Assembly (NCBI GenBank): GCA_964234715.1
Contig: OZ174284.1
Strand: one strand, 5' to 3'
Origin: Podarcis melisellensis
Lineage: Eukaryota
Length of the DNA stretch: 64,000 bases
Below are positions 27,161 to 39,746 of this stretch, in pieces. The notes beneath the pieces were generated by a model. The model was not told the DNA's origin. It searched no databases and saw nothing but the letters and a program-made list of their open reading frames with translations. Within the stretch, counting starts at the first letter, position 1. Each line of letters begins with the position of its first letter. The position numbers were made by a program, and so were the translations under genes.

Positions 27161-30100
27161 CTTAAAAAAATGTGCTACTTTAAAAATATGCTCTATGTGT
27201 GAGAGAGATGTCTATTATGTATTCTGGAAAGGTGCTTGCTATACATTTGAATATTTCATAATACATTGTGCCCAAATATTGCTAGATGGTTCCTGAGGTT
27301 AAGGAACAGGTTTCCGTCTATGTTTGGATACAGCTGGACACTATTTGAATCAAGATGGTGGAGTGAAACTTTAAAAGCTGCACTGATTTTTTTTGATTTC
27401 TTACAATTCCCAACCAATGCCAGTTATGAGTAGTATATATTAATTGCTTAGTATGAATTATTCCAATATAAACAGTAGTTAGATCTTCACATGCAAGGCA
27501 AACTGTACCTATGAGACTAATTGGGACGTTGTTGAATTAGCCAGAAATTATAAACTTAAACCTAGAAGAAAAACATTGATTTAGAGTTCTAGTATGTTAG
27601 CTGGCATATTGCTTATATTTGAGTTACTCATAGGATAGGAGAACTGAGCAGGCAAACTGGTGATAGTTATAAGTATTACTAAAGGCTATATTTGAAGATG
27701 GTATTTTCCTAGGGCAGCTTCCTTGTAAAGAGGAAATGAATACAAACACAAAACTGAACATTGAACGGTGACCTTATCCAAAACTATGATAAGAACTGCA
27801 TTTGCCCTGCACATGCTTCACTCACACTTCGGCTTTATGCATACAAGAGTTTGTAGTTGATTTCCTCAACTTGGTAGATTTTATACCCCAAAGTGTAAAA
27901 TAGAGGAGCTGTTGGCACTAGCTTCTTGGCCAAGGTTTCTTTTTGTTTGCCTTCCCTTGGAACACATTAGTCTTATGTAGCCCCAGGGAAGGTGCGAGTG
28001 CGGAAACCCCAACAGTTCTCTCAGACTGATGTTTGTTTCAGGAGTTGGCATGTGCTCCCTGGCCTGGGTTTCCTTGCTTCTGCAAGGAATAATATCTGAC
28101 ACTGACCTCCTTTTGGACTCTGAACAGTTCAGTAATATCTTTTTGAAAACCACCATCTTGTTCTGCTGTTCTTGGGTTCATGAATGCTAGAATTTTCTCC
28201 TAGGCAACTGCTCTATTCCTTCCAGTCCCCTGTGCTTATGAGCAATGTGCACAGGTGTTAAGCATCTGATTGTTTGTTGCCTAGCTACAGTTACTATAGT
28301 TTGGAATCCCATTGTTTTAATTATACTTTTTTAAAAAGTGTGTCTTTGTGTAGTTGCTGAAAATGCCATAGTTTGTAAATTTAAGCACTTGCAGAATGGC
28401 CGGCATTTTAATTATTTTATCTACTCTTTATCGTTTCATGTAAACAAAAACAGAATTTTGAAGATATCAGTTGCTATGCACTTGCATTTCTCATAGTCTT
28501 TGTAATAGCTGTCCTTTATAAAATATCAGTGTTTTCATCTTAGAAAACTGTAATCGGAGACTGTGTACTGTATTATGCATGTGTGTGTGCTTTTAAAATT
28601 ATCTTGCTCATTTAAAATTTATAAGCTCTCAAAGACAGTTTAACTCACCCATGTGAATTAAGATCAGCTAAAGAGACTTTGCTCTGGGTTGTCACCATCA
28701 TCTGCAATGAGGATATCGTCTGTTAGAAATGTCCCCCCCCCCCTGCAGTGACATACGTATTGTGACACTCCAAAGGGAGATTCACCAGTCTTGCTCCACT
28801 TAAAACCTTTAGGGGATTGGTTAAAAAACACAGTTGGAATTCAGAAAATATGATCAGTATTTATTTCTGGGACAAAAAATTGTCTTAATTTTGGAGCAAC
28901 TATATTTCCTTAAAAACAATAACACTTAAATGTGTTTGAAAAGTTATATTGGTGACCCATAGTTGGCTTTGCTCATCCTCACTTCTATTTCCTATTCACC
29001 TTCATCTGCCCATGATGGCAAAGTCATACAATTGACATCACTGCCCAGAGGGGGAGGGCAGATGTGTGTGAGCAGACTAGTGGCTGCTGACCCATCTTCC
29101 TTGTTTCCATTGCCTCTTGTTCTTTCCTGTTCAGAAGGAAATGGTGGATTAGCAGTCAGCAGTGATGAGGAGAGGAGGAGCAGGGTTAAAGACCCTGAAA
29201 TGGAAGGCTTACTTCTGGGTTACGGACTTTGGAAGGTGCAAGGAATAGCTGACTCAGTGCCATGCCTGAATAATCTTGTTAGTGATAGGAGGATGCAAAG
29301 TGCCAACATGGACCTAGAGAGAGAGAGAGTTGTAGTATTCTGATTTACTAGTGGACGCACAAGAGTGGTAGGAAAAATATTTTTTAGAAACAGCTCCTGT
29401 AAAAACCATTGGGGGCAAGGACTGTGTAAGCATGATTCCTTCATGCTGCCCAGACATGTTGGTGACAGAGAGTGGTGCACAGGGATAAGGACCTCCTGGA
29501 GTTGGGGGGCAGTTAGGGTTAGGGTCATTCTACCCACTCCTTTATATAGTGAGGGTGGATGGGACATAGTAGCCATGTATGCAACTTGAACAATTGCTTT
29601 GTGGTTCTCTGCTTGTGAATAAAAAAATATATGAAATGTCCACTGGGGAAATGGGTTGCTATTACCTGAATGTTCTATGAAGTTTCAGGGGACTGTTTAT
29701 TTGGATCTGGAGCTAAATGAAGTTGACCAAGTTATAAGTGAAGGTTCTTCTAATCTTGCAGCTAGATGGAAGAAAAGTTTGAAGGAAGTCTAGCTGCTGG
29801 CCTGGCAGTTGTATGAATGTGCCTCCTTGATACTTAAAAAAGTTACATGCAGAAAGGAAAGGAAAGTTAAGCTTTGGAACAGACAACTAAGCATTTTTAT
29901 TTGGATGAACTATCAATATAATTCGGACTATGATATAATGGGTTTAGTGCTACACATTGGGCATCTCTAAGACTGAATGCTGATTCCAATGTTGAATACC
30001 TGTCAAGTATAAATTGCCAAGAAAGGCTAGTTGTGGTTTGAATGATTCTTTTATTTTCTGTCCACATTTAGTGCCCTTATATTACAGAAATGCAAGTCAC

Positions 30101-31674
30101 ATGCTGGGTAGTGTTGCATTTCTGTTGAAACAATGTCAAAACAATTTAATGTGGGTGGAAAGGAATGAACAAAGCTAGCAGACAAGGCTTCATGCATCTG
30201 TTTCAACTTGCTAGGAAGGCAATATTGTTGAAGGGGATGTCACGAGCCCTGGAGGTTTGCTATCAAGGAAATGCAGTGTTTATCCATTTTCTTTATTATC
30301 CTTTGGGATTTCATTTATGATTTGTTCTAATTATCTGTTTATAACTGTGAAAAAATAAATGCTATATAAGCTGTGGCCCACTCTTAGTCAGTACACAGCA
30401 AAGCACATGTCATCTTAATATTGTGGGGCAATTAAATTGAAATTGATAAGCGGTAGAACATGGTTGAAGACTTCCACATGGTCATGCAGCTCATTTAAAT
30501 GACCAGCCTGTGTGCTGTAGGGGTTTTGCCCTGATCGGTAAGGAACTATGTATTGTTAAAAAGGTTGTGTACCATCCCCAATCCCTGCTGAGCAGTAGCA
30601 AGATTACAGGGGTTCCAGGCGGCTACCCAGAGTTGTGTTTCCTTAAACAGTATATTATAATACATTGTCAGCTGCAGTGCAATTCACTCCTTTCCCAAAT
30701 GACTTTGGAGCAAAGTTAGCATTTGACACACCCTGCAGAGAACAGGGAAAGCATCTTAAGTCAAAAATTCCATGTTTACATCCAAAGGTTAAAGGCTTCC
30801 AGTAAGAAACATACTTAACTGGCCTGGTTTTGCTGTCTAGTCATCAGTAGTTCATTTTTTAAAATGTGTGCAAATGTGTTTGCTTTCTCATTTAAGTGCG
30901 TCTTTGAGGAATACTTGAAAATGTTACTGGGCTTACATATATTGCTTGTTGAATCCTTGCAATCTGAGAGAATTTGCAGAAGACCCAAAATATGTGGCTT
31001 ACCAGTCAAGTCAGTTGCCCTGTTCCAAAAGTGTAATTTGCGGCACCAGCACTTCTAATAGCATGTTTTCTTCTGATTTTAGTGCAACAAAAGTGAGATT
31101 AATTCTTTTGTCATGCATATGTCTGTGAATTTTGGGAAAGGATGGTAGTAGATGAGTTTACAGTACAATCACATATTCCACACATTTAACTTACATGATT
31201 GAACACCTGCCAGTTAAAATTGCACAACTGGAATGTAATCAAGGTGGAGAGCTTAAAAGCTATTTTGGGGCCAGGTCCACTGTGTGGAAAAAGCTTTTAA
31301 AGGGCAAGGGCTGCTCTGTGTACAGGTTCTGGAAGTTCTGGGCATGTTCTCTCTCTTCCCTTCCCCCATTAGCCATAAGGATGTTCCAAGGGTTTGGGTA
31401 TACACATTTTTTGTGTATATGTGGAACCCTTGGAACCAAAACCCTGTGTAAGATGTGGTCATATTGTATTCTGTTTGCCATTACAAATCTGTTGCAAAAG
31501 TACTTTTAAGAAGAGAATTGTGGTGGTGGTGAAATTCAGGCTTTTGAAAGTTCTGTACAGTATTTAAATTTATCAGATTAGGTTACTCAGTGTTTCTAAA
31601 TTTGTAGAACACAATTGCATGTGTTTTGCTTTTCAATCCAGGGTTTTCCTTACTCTTTTGGAATTCAGCATTGT

Positions 31675-31858
31675 TGAGATCACCAGCCATTTTGAATACC
31701 AGTGGCTGGAAACCACAGGTGCCGAGGGTGGGGGGAGAGTGCTCTTGTGCTTGGGTCCTGCTTACAGGTTTCTTACAGGCACCTGGTTGGCCACTGTGAG
31801 AACAGGATGCTGGACTAGATGGGCCAATGGCCTGATCCAGCAGGTTCTTCGTATGTTT
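31675..31858 (+). mobile_element. CR1 LINE 3' UTR fragment
   Basis: ggttggccactgtgagaacaggatgctggactagatgggcca.tggcctgatccagcagg.tctt..tatgtt; reverse-homologous to 34810-34950. Confidence 0.75.
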
Positions 31859-32074
31859 TTCAAGTAGCATTGTTACATTGTTGTGGATTACTGAGGCATT
31901 CCCTTTATGCTTTGTGTGCGAGCACATTTGCTTAAATTCTTGAATAGCAAGACTCTGAATTCTAAGATAACATTCAGTATTTCATGCTAAAAAAAGGACC
32001 TAGCAATCAAAACTGTCACAAGGGAAAAGAAAAGCAGCATTCAGTAGAAATACCCAAAAAAAATAAGGAATTGC

Positions 32075-32320
32075 ATAAATTAGTATATAAAGCCCTTAAC
32101 AATTTAGGACCAGTTTACCCACGAGATTGCCTTACCCTACATGTGTCCACTTGTCCTCTTCAATCGGCAGAATTGGCATTACTACAGGTGCCATGTAGAA
32201 CTCGTCCCACATTTGTCAGAACTTGGTCATTTAGTGTGGCACTGCTTACACTTTGGAACTCCCTACCTATTGAGATCAAGCACCTTCACTGTGCTATTCT
32301 CAGTGTTTACTAAAACCAAA
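32075..32320 (+). mobile_element. L2-clade LINE ORF2 C-terminal fragment
   Basis: Translation LVYKALNNLGPVY...SFSVALLTLWNSLPIEIK, characteristic L2/CR1-group RT C-terminus. Confidence 0.7.
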
Positions 32321-32339
32321 TTACCTCAACACCTGATTC

Positions 32340-32607
32340 ACACAATAGCACATCAGAGAGAGAGGGGGGGAGGGAGGGAGACAAATTATTTTTGCTGTTG
32401 AGTGATTCAGGGGGTCTGCAGGGTAGTGTAGCAGCAAAAGACACGTATTTTACAGTCGTGCTACCCTGCAAGACCCCCTGAATCACCAGGCCAGGCAGGT
32501 GGAGATGTTAGGTGTCAGAGGTGGTGCCTTGACATCTCCATCTGGTCGTAAGAGGCCAGTTTCAAGTTGCAAAATGTGACTAGCGCCCAGCTGATTTCAA
32601 ACCCTGG
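32340..32607 (-). mobile_element. Hairpin-rich repeat (probable hAT-type non-autonomous element), partial
   Basis: Reverse complement matches 50600-50900 (atggagatgt...catctccacc; gctaccctgcagaccccctga modules); ends in ...tttcaaaccctg. Confidence 0.55.
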
Positions 32608-33285
32608 TCATATCTTACCCTGACTGGGCCTGATAGGAGTTGGAATGCTACAGCATCTGGAGGGTCACCACAGTTCTCTGTTATCTCTTTTATCATCTTT
32701 CGATAGTGAGTAATTTTAAAGTAAGGATTCCTTTATAGGTTTATGAGTAGTCATGCAGCATATTTTAAACCTTACAGAAACTAGAAACTAAAGTATTAAA
32801 TGAGCAAGTTGTATTTTTAAACAAGGTTGGTCTGCAGTGGTCAAGTGTGCATATGTTTGTAGGCAAAGTCTGATAAGTTTGCCATAAATTCAAAAGTAAA
32901 TTCTCCAGATGGGTTTTTAAGGAAGAAGATAATCAAACTGCATGAAGTTCTGTAAAAGCCACACTTTTCTAGGGAAGAAGTAGCTATTACAAGTTTATCT
33001 GGTCACCTGAGGTGTCTTTCTCCTTACTGGTAAAATTTAGCATAGCACAAGTAGACACCACTGACTTTCTGCTGTGGAGATAAAGAATGGAAAACTGCAG
33101 TGATGTTACATCACGTGTTGGCTAAGGAGGGGTGCGTGTGCGGCTGGGCTTCTTCAGTCCTGTGTGTCTTGTAGCATCTAATCCTGCCCCAAGAGTCTGC
33201 ATGTTTGTGGCCTTGCCTATATAATTAAGTTTGATTTGTTTTTGTTCCAGTTTTTCATATATGTTTTCTTGCCCCCATCTTTTAG

Positions 33286-33458
33286 GATCGGAAGCTGTCC
33301 AAATCGGAGAGGCAACGATTTAAGGAGGAGGCTGAAATGTTGAAAGGGCTTCAACATCCTAACATTGTTAGGTTCTATGATTCCTGGGAGTCTACTGTCA
33401 AGGGAAAGAAGTGTATTGTTCTGGTTACAGAGCTTATGACATCTGGCACATTGAAAAC
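33286..33458 (+). CDS. WNK1: WNK1 exon 2 (173 bp), kinase domain
   Basis: tttag|GAT... encodes [58 protein letters not shown]; donor AC|gtgagt. Not in the ORF track; read manually. Confidence 0.98.
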
Positions 33459-33876
33459 GTGAGTATAGGCTTGCCAAAGCCATACACTAATGATGAACAT
33501 GGATATCAAAATTACCAAAAAAATAAATGAAAAGTTGTTTGGTTTTTTGGGCAAAAGCCTTGTAAAAGCCATTGGATATATATTTGGATATATTGACCAT
33601 TTCTGAGAAGGAGGTTCAGAATGATAGCTACTGTGTACTCTTTGGGCTTTAAATTATGAAACCTCTCAACCCATTGTCAGTGCTGTACTGTGATGGAAGA
33701 AATGTTAATAGGCTTTGAGGTCCTACTTTGGCAAGCCATATCATGTCTCCTGTGCAGCAAATGCTTGAAATTCCAGGCAAAATAAGCAGCAAGGGAGTCC
33801 TCTAGTGGTCAGTGAAGCACTCTTTGCTCTTCTCTATATTTTGATTCAGAATAGAATTATGTATCAAATAAACTAT

Positions 33877-34064
33877 GGGGAAGGACCATAAATATAGCAT
33901 CTGCCTTGTATGCCGAAGGTCCCAAATTCAATTCCTGGCATCTCCAGGTAGGGCTGGGAGAGAACCCTGCCTGGATCCCTAGAGTGCTGCTGCCAGTCAG
34001 TGTAGATAATACTGACCTAGATGGACCTATGCTCTGACTTGGTATAAGGCAGCTTCCTATTTTC
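33877..34064 (+). mobile_element. tRNA-derived squamate SINE (Squam2-like)
   Basis: tRNA-like head (gcatctgccttgtatgccgaaggtccca..ttcaattcctggcatctcca) followed by body ending ggtataaggcagcttcctat. Confidence 0.75.
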
Positions 34065-34809
34065 ATAAGTTCATGTAATATAATTAAGAAATTCTTACTT
34101 AATTAAACTGTTTTTAAAATTAGAATTCCTTAATGGCAACTAGTTTTTGTGTGGAGGTACACTGTGAGGAAGAGTATCTGTCAAGTTTGAAATCCTCTTA
34201 AACGAATGGAATCAGTGAGTTACAGAAAAGGACTGTAGATAAGCTAGTCAAAGTATCTCAACTTGAGTTCTTTCTGAGGTCTACTGATACCCCAAAATAG
34301 GATTAGTTAAAAAGCGGTAAAAGGGTCAGTTACCAGTTCTGCCAGATTCCTTTTCAGAAACTGTGGGTTTGGAGACCAGTTGCCATTTTCATGCCATATT
34401 CTTGTATCTCAGCACTTTGATGAATCTCTTTATTTCCCAAATCAAAGATAACAGGATTAATTGAATTTACCTGGGTTGTAGTTGAAATTTGGCTGTCCAT
34501 AATGGAATTAAGTTTAAATTGTGAGTGGTTTACTTCTGTCCAGGTGCAGAAGCCTGTAATTAGTCTCTGTTGGCAACTCCTGTAGGCTTTATTATTGGCT
34601 TGCATGTGCAGTGACTGAGCACATGTAACCACCATTACAAAATATCTTATTTGAGCAACAGCTGTATCTGCTAGCATCTTCTAAAGCCCGCTTCCCCCTT
34701 TTCCCAAGCGAGCAAACCGTCAATCTTAGAAGTTATGGCTTAAAATAAACTTTAGTTAAACAAGTCCTCCTTCGTAAGCCTGATTTAAATTGGCTTAAAT
34801 TGACTAGAG

Positions 34810-36210
34810 AATAAGAATATAATAAAAGCTCTGCTGGCTCAGACCACTGGCTGATCTAGTCTAGCATCCTGTTCTCACAGTGGCCCAACCAGATGCCCAT
34901 GAGAAGCCTGCAAGCAGGACCCGAATGCAATAGCATTCTGTTCTCCTGTCAGCTATTACTACATTTCCTCTTTTGCATGCTTTCTTGATTTCCTTTTTCA
35001 TCTCAAGATCTCCCTGAGCATTTAGATAAGGGAGGGTGATAGTACATACCCCATACTAAATTACCCATGGGGCCCAGTATCACCATCCACAATAATTTTG
35101 TGGACAAGCCTGCCTCTGATGGGATTTCTAGTTGGCTTGATTCAATGTCCTCTTTGATGTACAGAGTGAAACCATCTCCAGTACAACCTTCCCTGTCCTT
35201 ACTATAGAGTCTATATCTGGAGATAACAATTTCCCATTACCTCCCTCCATTCTACGAGATTCCCATTGTGCCCACTATATCAATGCGGTCTTTTAAGACC
35301 ATGCACTCCAGTTTGTCCACCTTGGCTCTGAAGCTTCTAACATTAGCTTATAAAGATTTACATACAGGGTCCATCTTCAAGTGTCTTTGGCCTGGGGTGC
35401 TTTGGCCTCTCTGAATTGCTGACCTCTGCCCCTTCACCTAGTTCTACAGCTTCACAGTTTAAATTTTCATCATTTCCCCTCTCCCCCCAGCTTCATCTCA
35501 GGGGGCAGACTTGTTCCAATCAGCTGTTAGCACTTTCCCTGTAATCAGTTCAAAAGCTGCTATGCCGTCTTTTCTCTTTCAGTGTCAGTGGTCTGCTTCC
35601 ATTCTGGTTCAAGTGGAGTCCATACCTTTTGTACAGGCTTGGCTTGCTGCAAAATGTTCCCCGGTGCTTATCAAATCCAAACCCCTCTTCCCACAACCAG
35701 CATCTCATCCACACATGGACTGCTAGCCTGCACCACACTAGCTGGTCCTGTGTGTGGAACTGGTAGCATTTTGGAGAAAGCTACATTGAATGTCCTGGCT
35801 TTCAGCATCCTATCTAGCAACCTAAATTTTGTTTCCAGGACTTCGTGGCTACATTTCCCCCATGTCACTGGTGCAAACATGCACCATAACCACTGACTTC
35901 TCCCTAGTACTAACCACCTGTCTAACTGTGGGCAGTGGGCAACACCTGCAAGCTTTGCACCAGGTTCACCATACAATCTGTATGCCTATCATAATAGCAA
36001 CCATCTATGCCCCTAATTATTGAATCATCCACAGCCAGGATCCATCCACCTCCTAGAAAAATATCCTTGGCACAAGAGGACACCAGCTCATCCAAGGAAT
36101 GGGTTCCTTCTAATGTATTATTTTCCTCTACCTCAGAGCAATGGCCTCCTTCCCTGAGACCCTCAACCTCTCTGACAGCTGGGGAGCTTTCATTCTGGGA
36201 GTGGGCTGCA
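34810..36210 (-). mobile_element. CR1 LINE remnant: ORF1 esterase-like domain + start of ORF2 endonuclease + 3' UTR
   Basis: Minus strand: PGAK...FRLLDRMLKART..VAFSKMLPVPHTGP / WMRCWLWEEGFGF.KH.GTF..KPSLYKR.GLHLNQNG (CR1 ORF1, SGNH-like), then ANVRSFRAKVDKLECMV...YRLYSKDREG (APE start), then CR1 3' UTR at 34810-34950. Confidence 0.8.
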
Positions 36211-38254
36211 TGTTAGATCTTCATGAGCCTAGAAGGCTGTTGCTGTGTTAGTCCTAGGAAATGATTTATTATTTTTGCAAGTTTTGATAAGGTAGTATTT
36301 ATGTTACAGAAGTTCAGGACAAATGGGAAAGGAGATGATACTCAGCATTTCAGAGGTGGCTAGAAATGGAAATGCATTTAGTTATAGCGAGTACTTAAAA
36401 GATTTACAAGGACTCCTGGAAGTGACTAAAACATTTGAATTAAAAGCCACATGTCACCCACATAAATTGAATTACAGATGCTATTTCACTTCCTCTGATA
36501 GATTTCAGTGACCTGTAAGCTCATTTTCGTTTGCTGCAACATATGATACTAGTTTACCTGCCAATCTGTTTTAACAGAATTAGCCAGTACTGGTATGCAC
36601 TGCTTTCAAATTCAGAACAGTGCTTTGGTTCATTGTTGCTTTCCCTGGGTGAAATGGGGGAAGGAGCATAACTGCAGAATGTCAACTCAGAATGAAAAGA
36701 AGTTTTTGTTGGAAAGTGAATGACAGCTATGATGTCACTGTAGCAACCACTTAGCTATTGAAACATTAAATGAAGGAGCTCAGCCAGGAAGCCTTGGTTA
36801 CAGTGTAAACTTGCCTTTACTTGACTGATGGTAATTAAGCTAACAAATGAAAAGATTTTTATGTTCTCCTTGAGACCTTGATCCTGTCCAATGACAATAT
36901 CTGCACTAATTTTAAGAATTTTAGAAACGTATTTTTAGTTGGCATATTCTGTATTGTGATTCTCTCCCCACTACCCTTTATCTAAATGTGAGTGAGGTGT
37001 CAGTGCTTCCAGAAGCATTTTGCTCCTCCTTGAAAATCTGGTGGGAAAAGTTATTTTTGTGTGCCTTGACAAGCCCATTGTCCTGTGAATAAACCTCATT
37101 ATACCCCAGTTAGCTTCCAGGAAAATAATTTAATTTCTTAGTTCAGCCTTTAGCAATACCCCTTCCCCCCATAAACCTTTCCTCTATATTAACAGGCTTC
37201 CTCCTTTCCATGTAATGTTCAGTGTTCAAAGGTTGCTTCCCATGTCACCCCCCATGACAGGTGTTTGGGATTCTGTGACTAGCTTGGATGCCATTATTAT
37301 ATGATCTTACAATAGATGCTTATCGTGATTATTCCACAACAATTCAGTGCATGTTCTGATCTCTGCTTATCCACTTCATTGTAAGAGCATGTCTTGATAG
37401 AATAATTTGGACAGCTGCCAGTTCTGGATGATTGATACTAATCCCCATTGCTACAATTTCTGTAGTTCAAAAGGAGGGACTTTGAAATCACATTTCAAAC
37501 ATTAATCCTGGTGTGAAAACTGCCCTGTAAAAAGCATTTGAGAGATGGTTTCAGAGGGAAATTGGAGTTCAGCTTGGAATAAGAGTTTAGAAGAGGAGGA
37601 TATTAGAAGGAAAGTATGAGTATGAAGGGCTCATGGGAGACTGGGAGAGGAAACGGCTGGTGTACATGTTCTGATTTGATTTCTTGGCTGAGATACCCTT
37701 TGAGTATTTTGCTGCTCGCATAATATCACTCAGGTTTTTGTGCCCATTGCACAAGATACATCCTAAGAGAGGCAGTTTGGCTCAGCTATAGTGTCTTTGC
37801 TTACATTCTTGGCTCTTAAAACGTACTTGTCTGTTGCCAATTCTCTTCTCTTAAAGGCTTTGGGCCCCAACTTTTCCTGCCAGGGATGCTGACTTTTCAA
37901 ATATTATCCTAAGCTGGTATCACTTCTGAAGTCTCTTGAAAATGGAGCTTTTGCAGGAAGTGTAACAGCTAGGTTTTAAGCAAAATTAATTGATGTAAAG
38001 CTAATTGCTTAAAAAGACAAAAAAACTATTACAGCATGTACAGAAAACTGAATGAATACTTAAAATTATTTTATGAAAAAGAGAAACTGCTTTGAGGTAG
38101 CGAATGTGCTTATTTTGCCTTCCTTTTGAAAAACATATAAAGATGAAACAGGACGAAGGAAGAGTTTATGTGCTTTTCAAGACTTCAGGCAACTGATTAG
38201 AAAGTGGAGTAATTAGGAGGAAAGGAAAGAAAGGGGAATAATGATCTTCTAGGA

Positions 38255-38491
38255 CAGGCATGTCCAACCAGTCAATTGCGATCTACTGGTCGACTGTGGG
38301 CTGTCCCTGGTCATTGTGGGATCGCAACCTGCCCCCCACCCCGCAAGCCCAACAACTCTGATGAAGCCTCCTCAAAAAGAGCTCAACAACTCTTGCCACT
38401 GCCTCCCAAAGAAAGCTGACAATGGATAGATCACTGCCAGTTTTTTTATACTGGGAATAGATCGCAGTCACTTGGGAGTTGGGCATGCCTG
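38255..38491. mobile_element. hAT non-autonomous DNA transposon
   Basis: TIR CAGGCATGTCCAAC / GTTGGGCATGCCTG; 8-bp TSD TTCTAGGA / TTCTAGCA (7/8). Confidence 0.85.
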
Positions 38492-39525
38492 TTCTAGCAT
38501 ACTGAGGAGATGAATTAAGAATGGCCAGCAGAGAAAGAAGAGTTGCCAAGGTCAGTAGAGAAAAAGCATGTGTGCGCACATGGATCCAGTAAAACAGATC
38601 TTCTTGAAATCGCATTTGTTGTTTCAGAGGTTATTTACTCCCTGCTCCCCTCAAAATCAAGTAACAGATCATATCTGCCTTCATTGACTTTCAGAGCTAC
38701 TATTGAGCAGCAACATAAATCTGAAGTGTCAATCCTTATGGAACCTCATAATTTGTACATGGGATCACCTCAAGAGTATTGTCAAATCATAGTCCACCTG
38801 TGTCACAGATGTGTTCTGTGATTTGATGGTAACTTTGTTGTCATGTTATGTAAAAATCATGAAGATACATGGGAATCTGTGCCTTAGGCATGTTTTTGTG
38901 GTGCTGGCAAGCACTGTCACTGTGATTTTTACTGTGCAACCTACTACTAAAAATGCTTTACTGGTGCAGGGGAACCTCATATAAAATCATGCACATTAAA
39001 AAAGATTTGTTTTAATTCGACTGAATCTCAACTTTTACCCAGAACCCAAAGAATATGAAAGAGAAGGAGTGTGTGCTTATGTGAGCATGTGCACATGCAT
39101 GTATTTTCTGGAGAAGGGAGTTTCAGGAAAAGCACCAGAGGTGGGTTGCTCCTATACCACACACTCAAAATTTCAAATGTGCCCACAGTTCAGAAAGATT
39201 GGTGGCCCCGGGATTCTAACTCATGAGCCAGTCAGTTCAGTGTATTGATTTATATAAATGCTGCAGGTGTAGTTATTCTTTTTGTGAAGGAGCCCTGCTG
39301 TGCAGTTTCTATTACCTCTGAAAAGGAAGACTGGTTTTCAGTACTCCCAATACTTCTCTTTGCCCTATGTTCTTTTTCTGGAGGTGTGGAGTTTGGCTCA
39401 TACGAAGCCTGCTTTTGTTACGAACTGTTTGTTTGATGGTTTGTAGTTCACTTGTGGCATTCCAACAGCATGGACTTCAAGATGAAGCTTGAAGCTTATT
39501 TTTATTCCTGTGGCTCTTTCCCTAG

Positions 39526-39746
39526 GTACTTAAAAAGGTTTAAAGTGATGAAAATCAAAGTACTGCGAAGCTGGTGCCGGCAAATACTGAAGGGTTTGCA
39601 GTTCTTGCACACACGTACTCCTCCCATTATCCACCGTGACTTGAAGTGTGACAACATCTTTATTACTGGCCCCACAGGATCAGTCAAGATAGGAGACTTG
39701 GGTCTGGCAACCTTGAAGCGGGCTTCCTTTGCCAAGAGTGTGATAG
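39526..39746 (+). CDS. WNK1: WNK1 exon 3 (221 bp), catalytic loop, DLG chloride-binding motif, activation loop
   Basis: cctag|G TAC... [74 protein letters not shown]; donor G|gtaagc. Confidence 0.98.

Noticed and set aside
29513-29524. (TTAGGG)2 and a similar motif at ~1850-1860
   Set aside because: Two units are expected by chance in 64 kb.
2177-33200. Numerous 60-146 aa ORFs in intron 1
   Set aside because: No homology recognised, no convincing splice context; consistent with random ORFs or repeat remnants.
33890-33950. tRNA gene
   Set aside because: tRNA-like head of a SINE with damaged A box, followed by SINE body.
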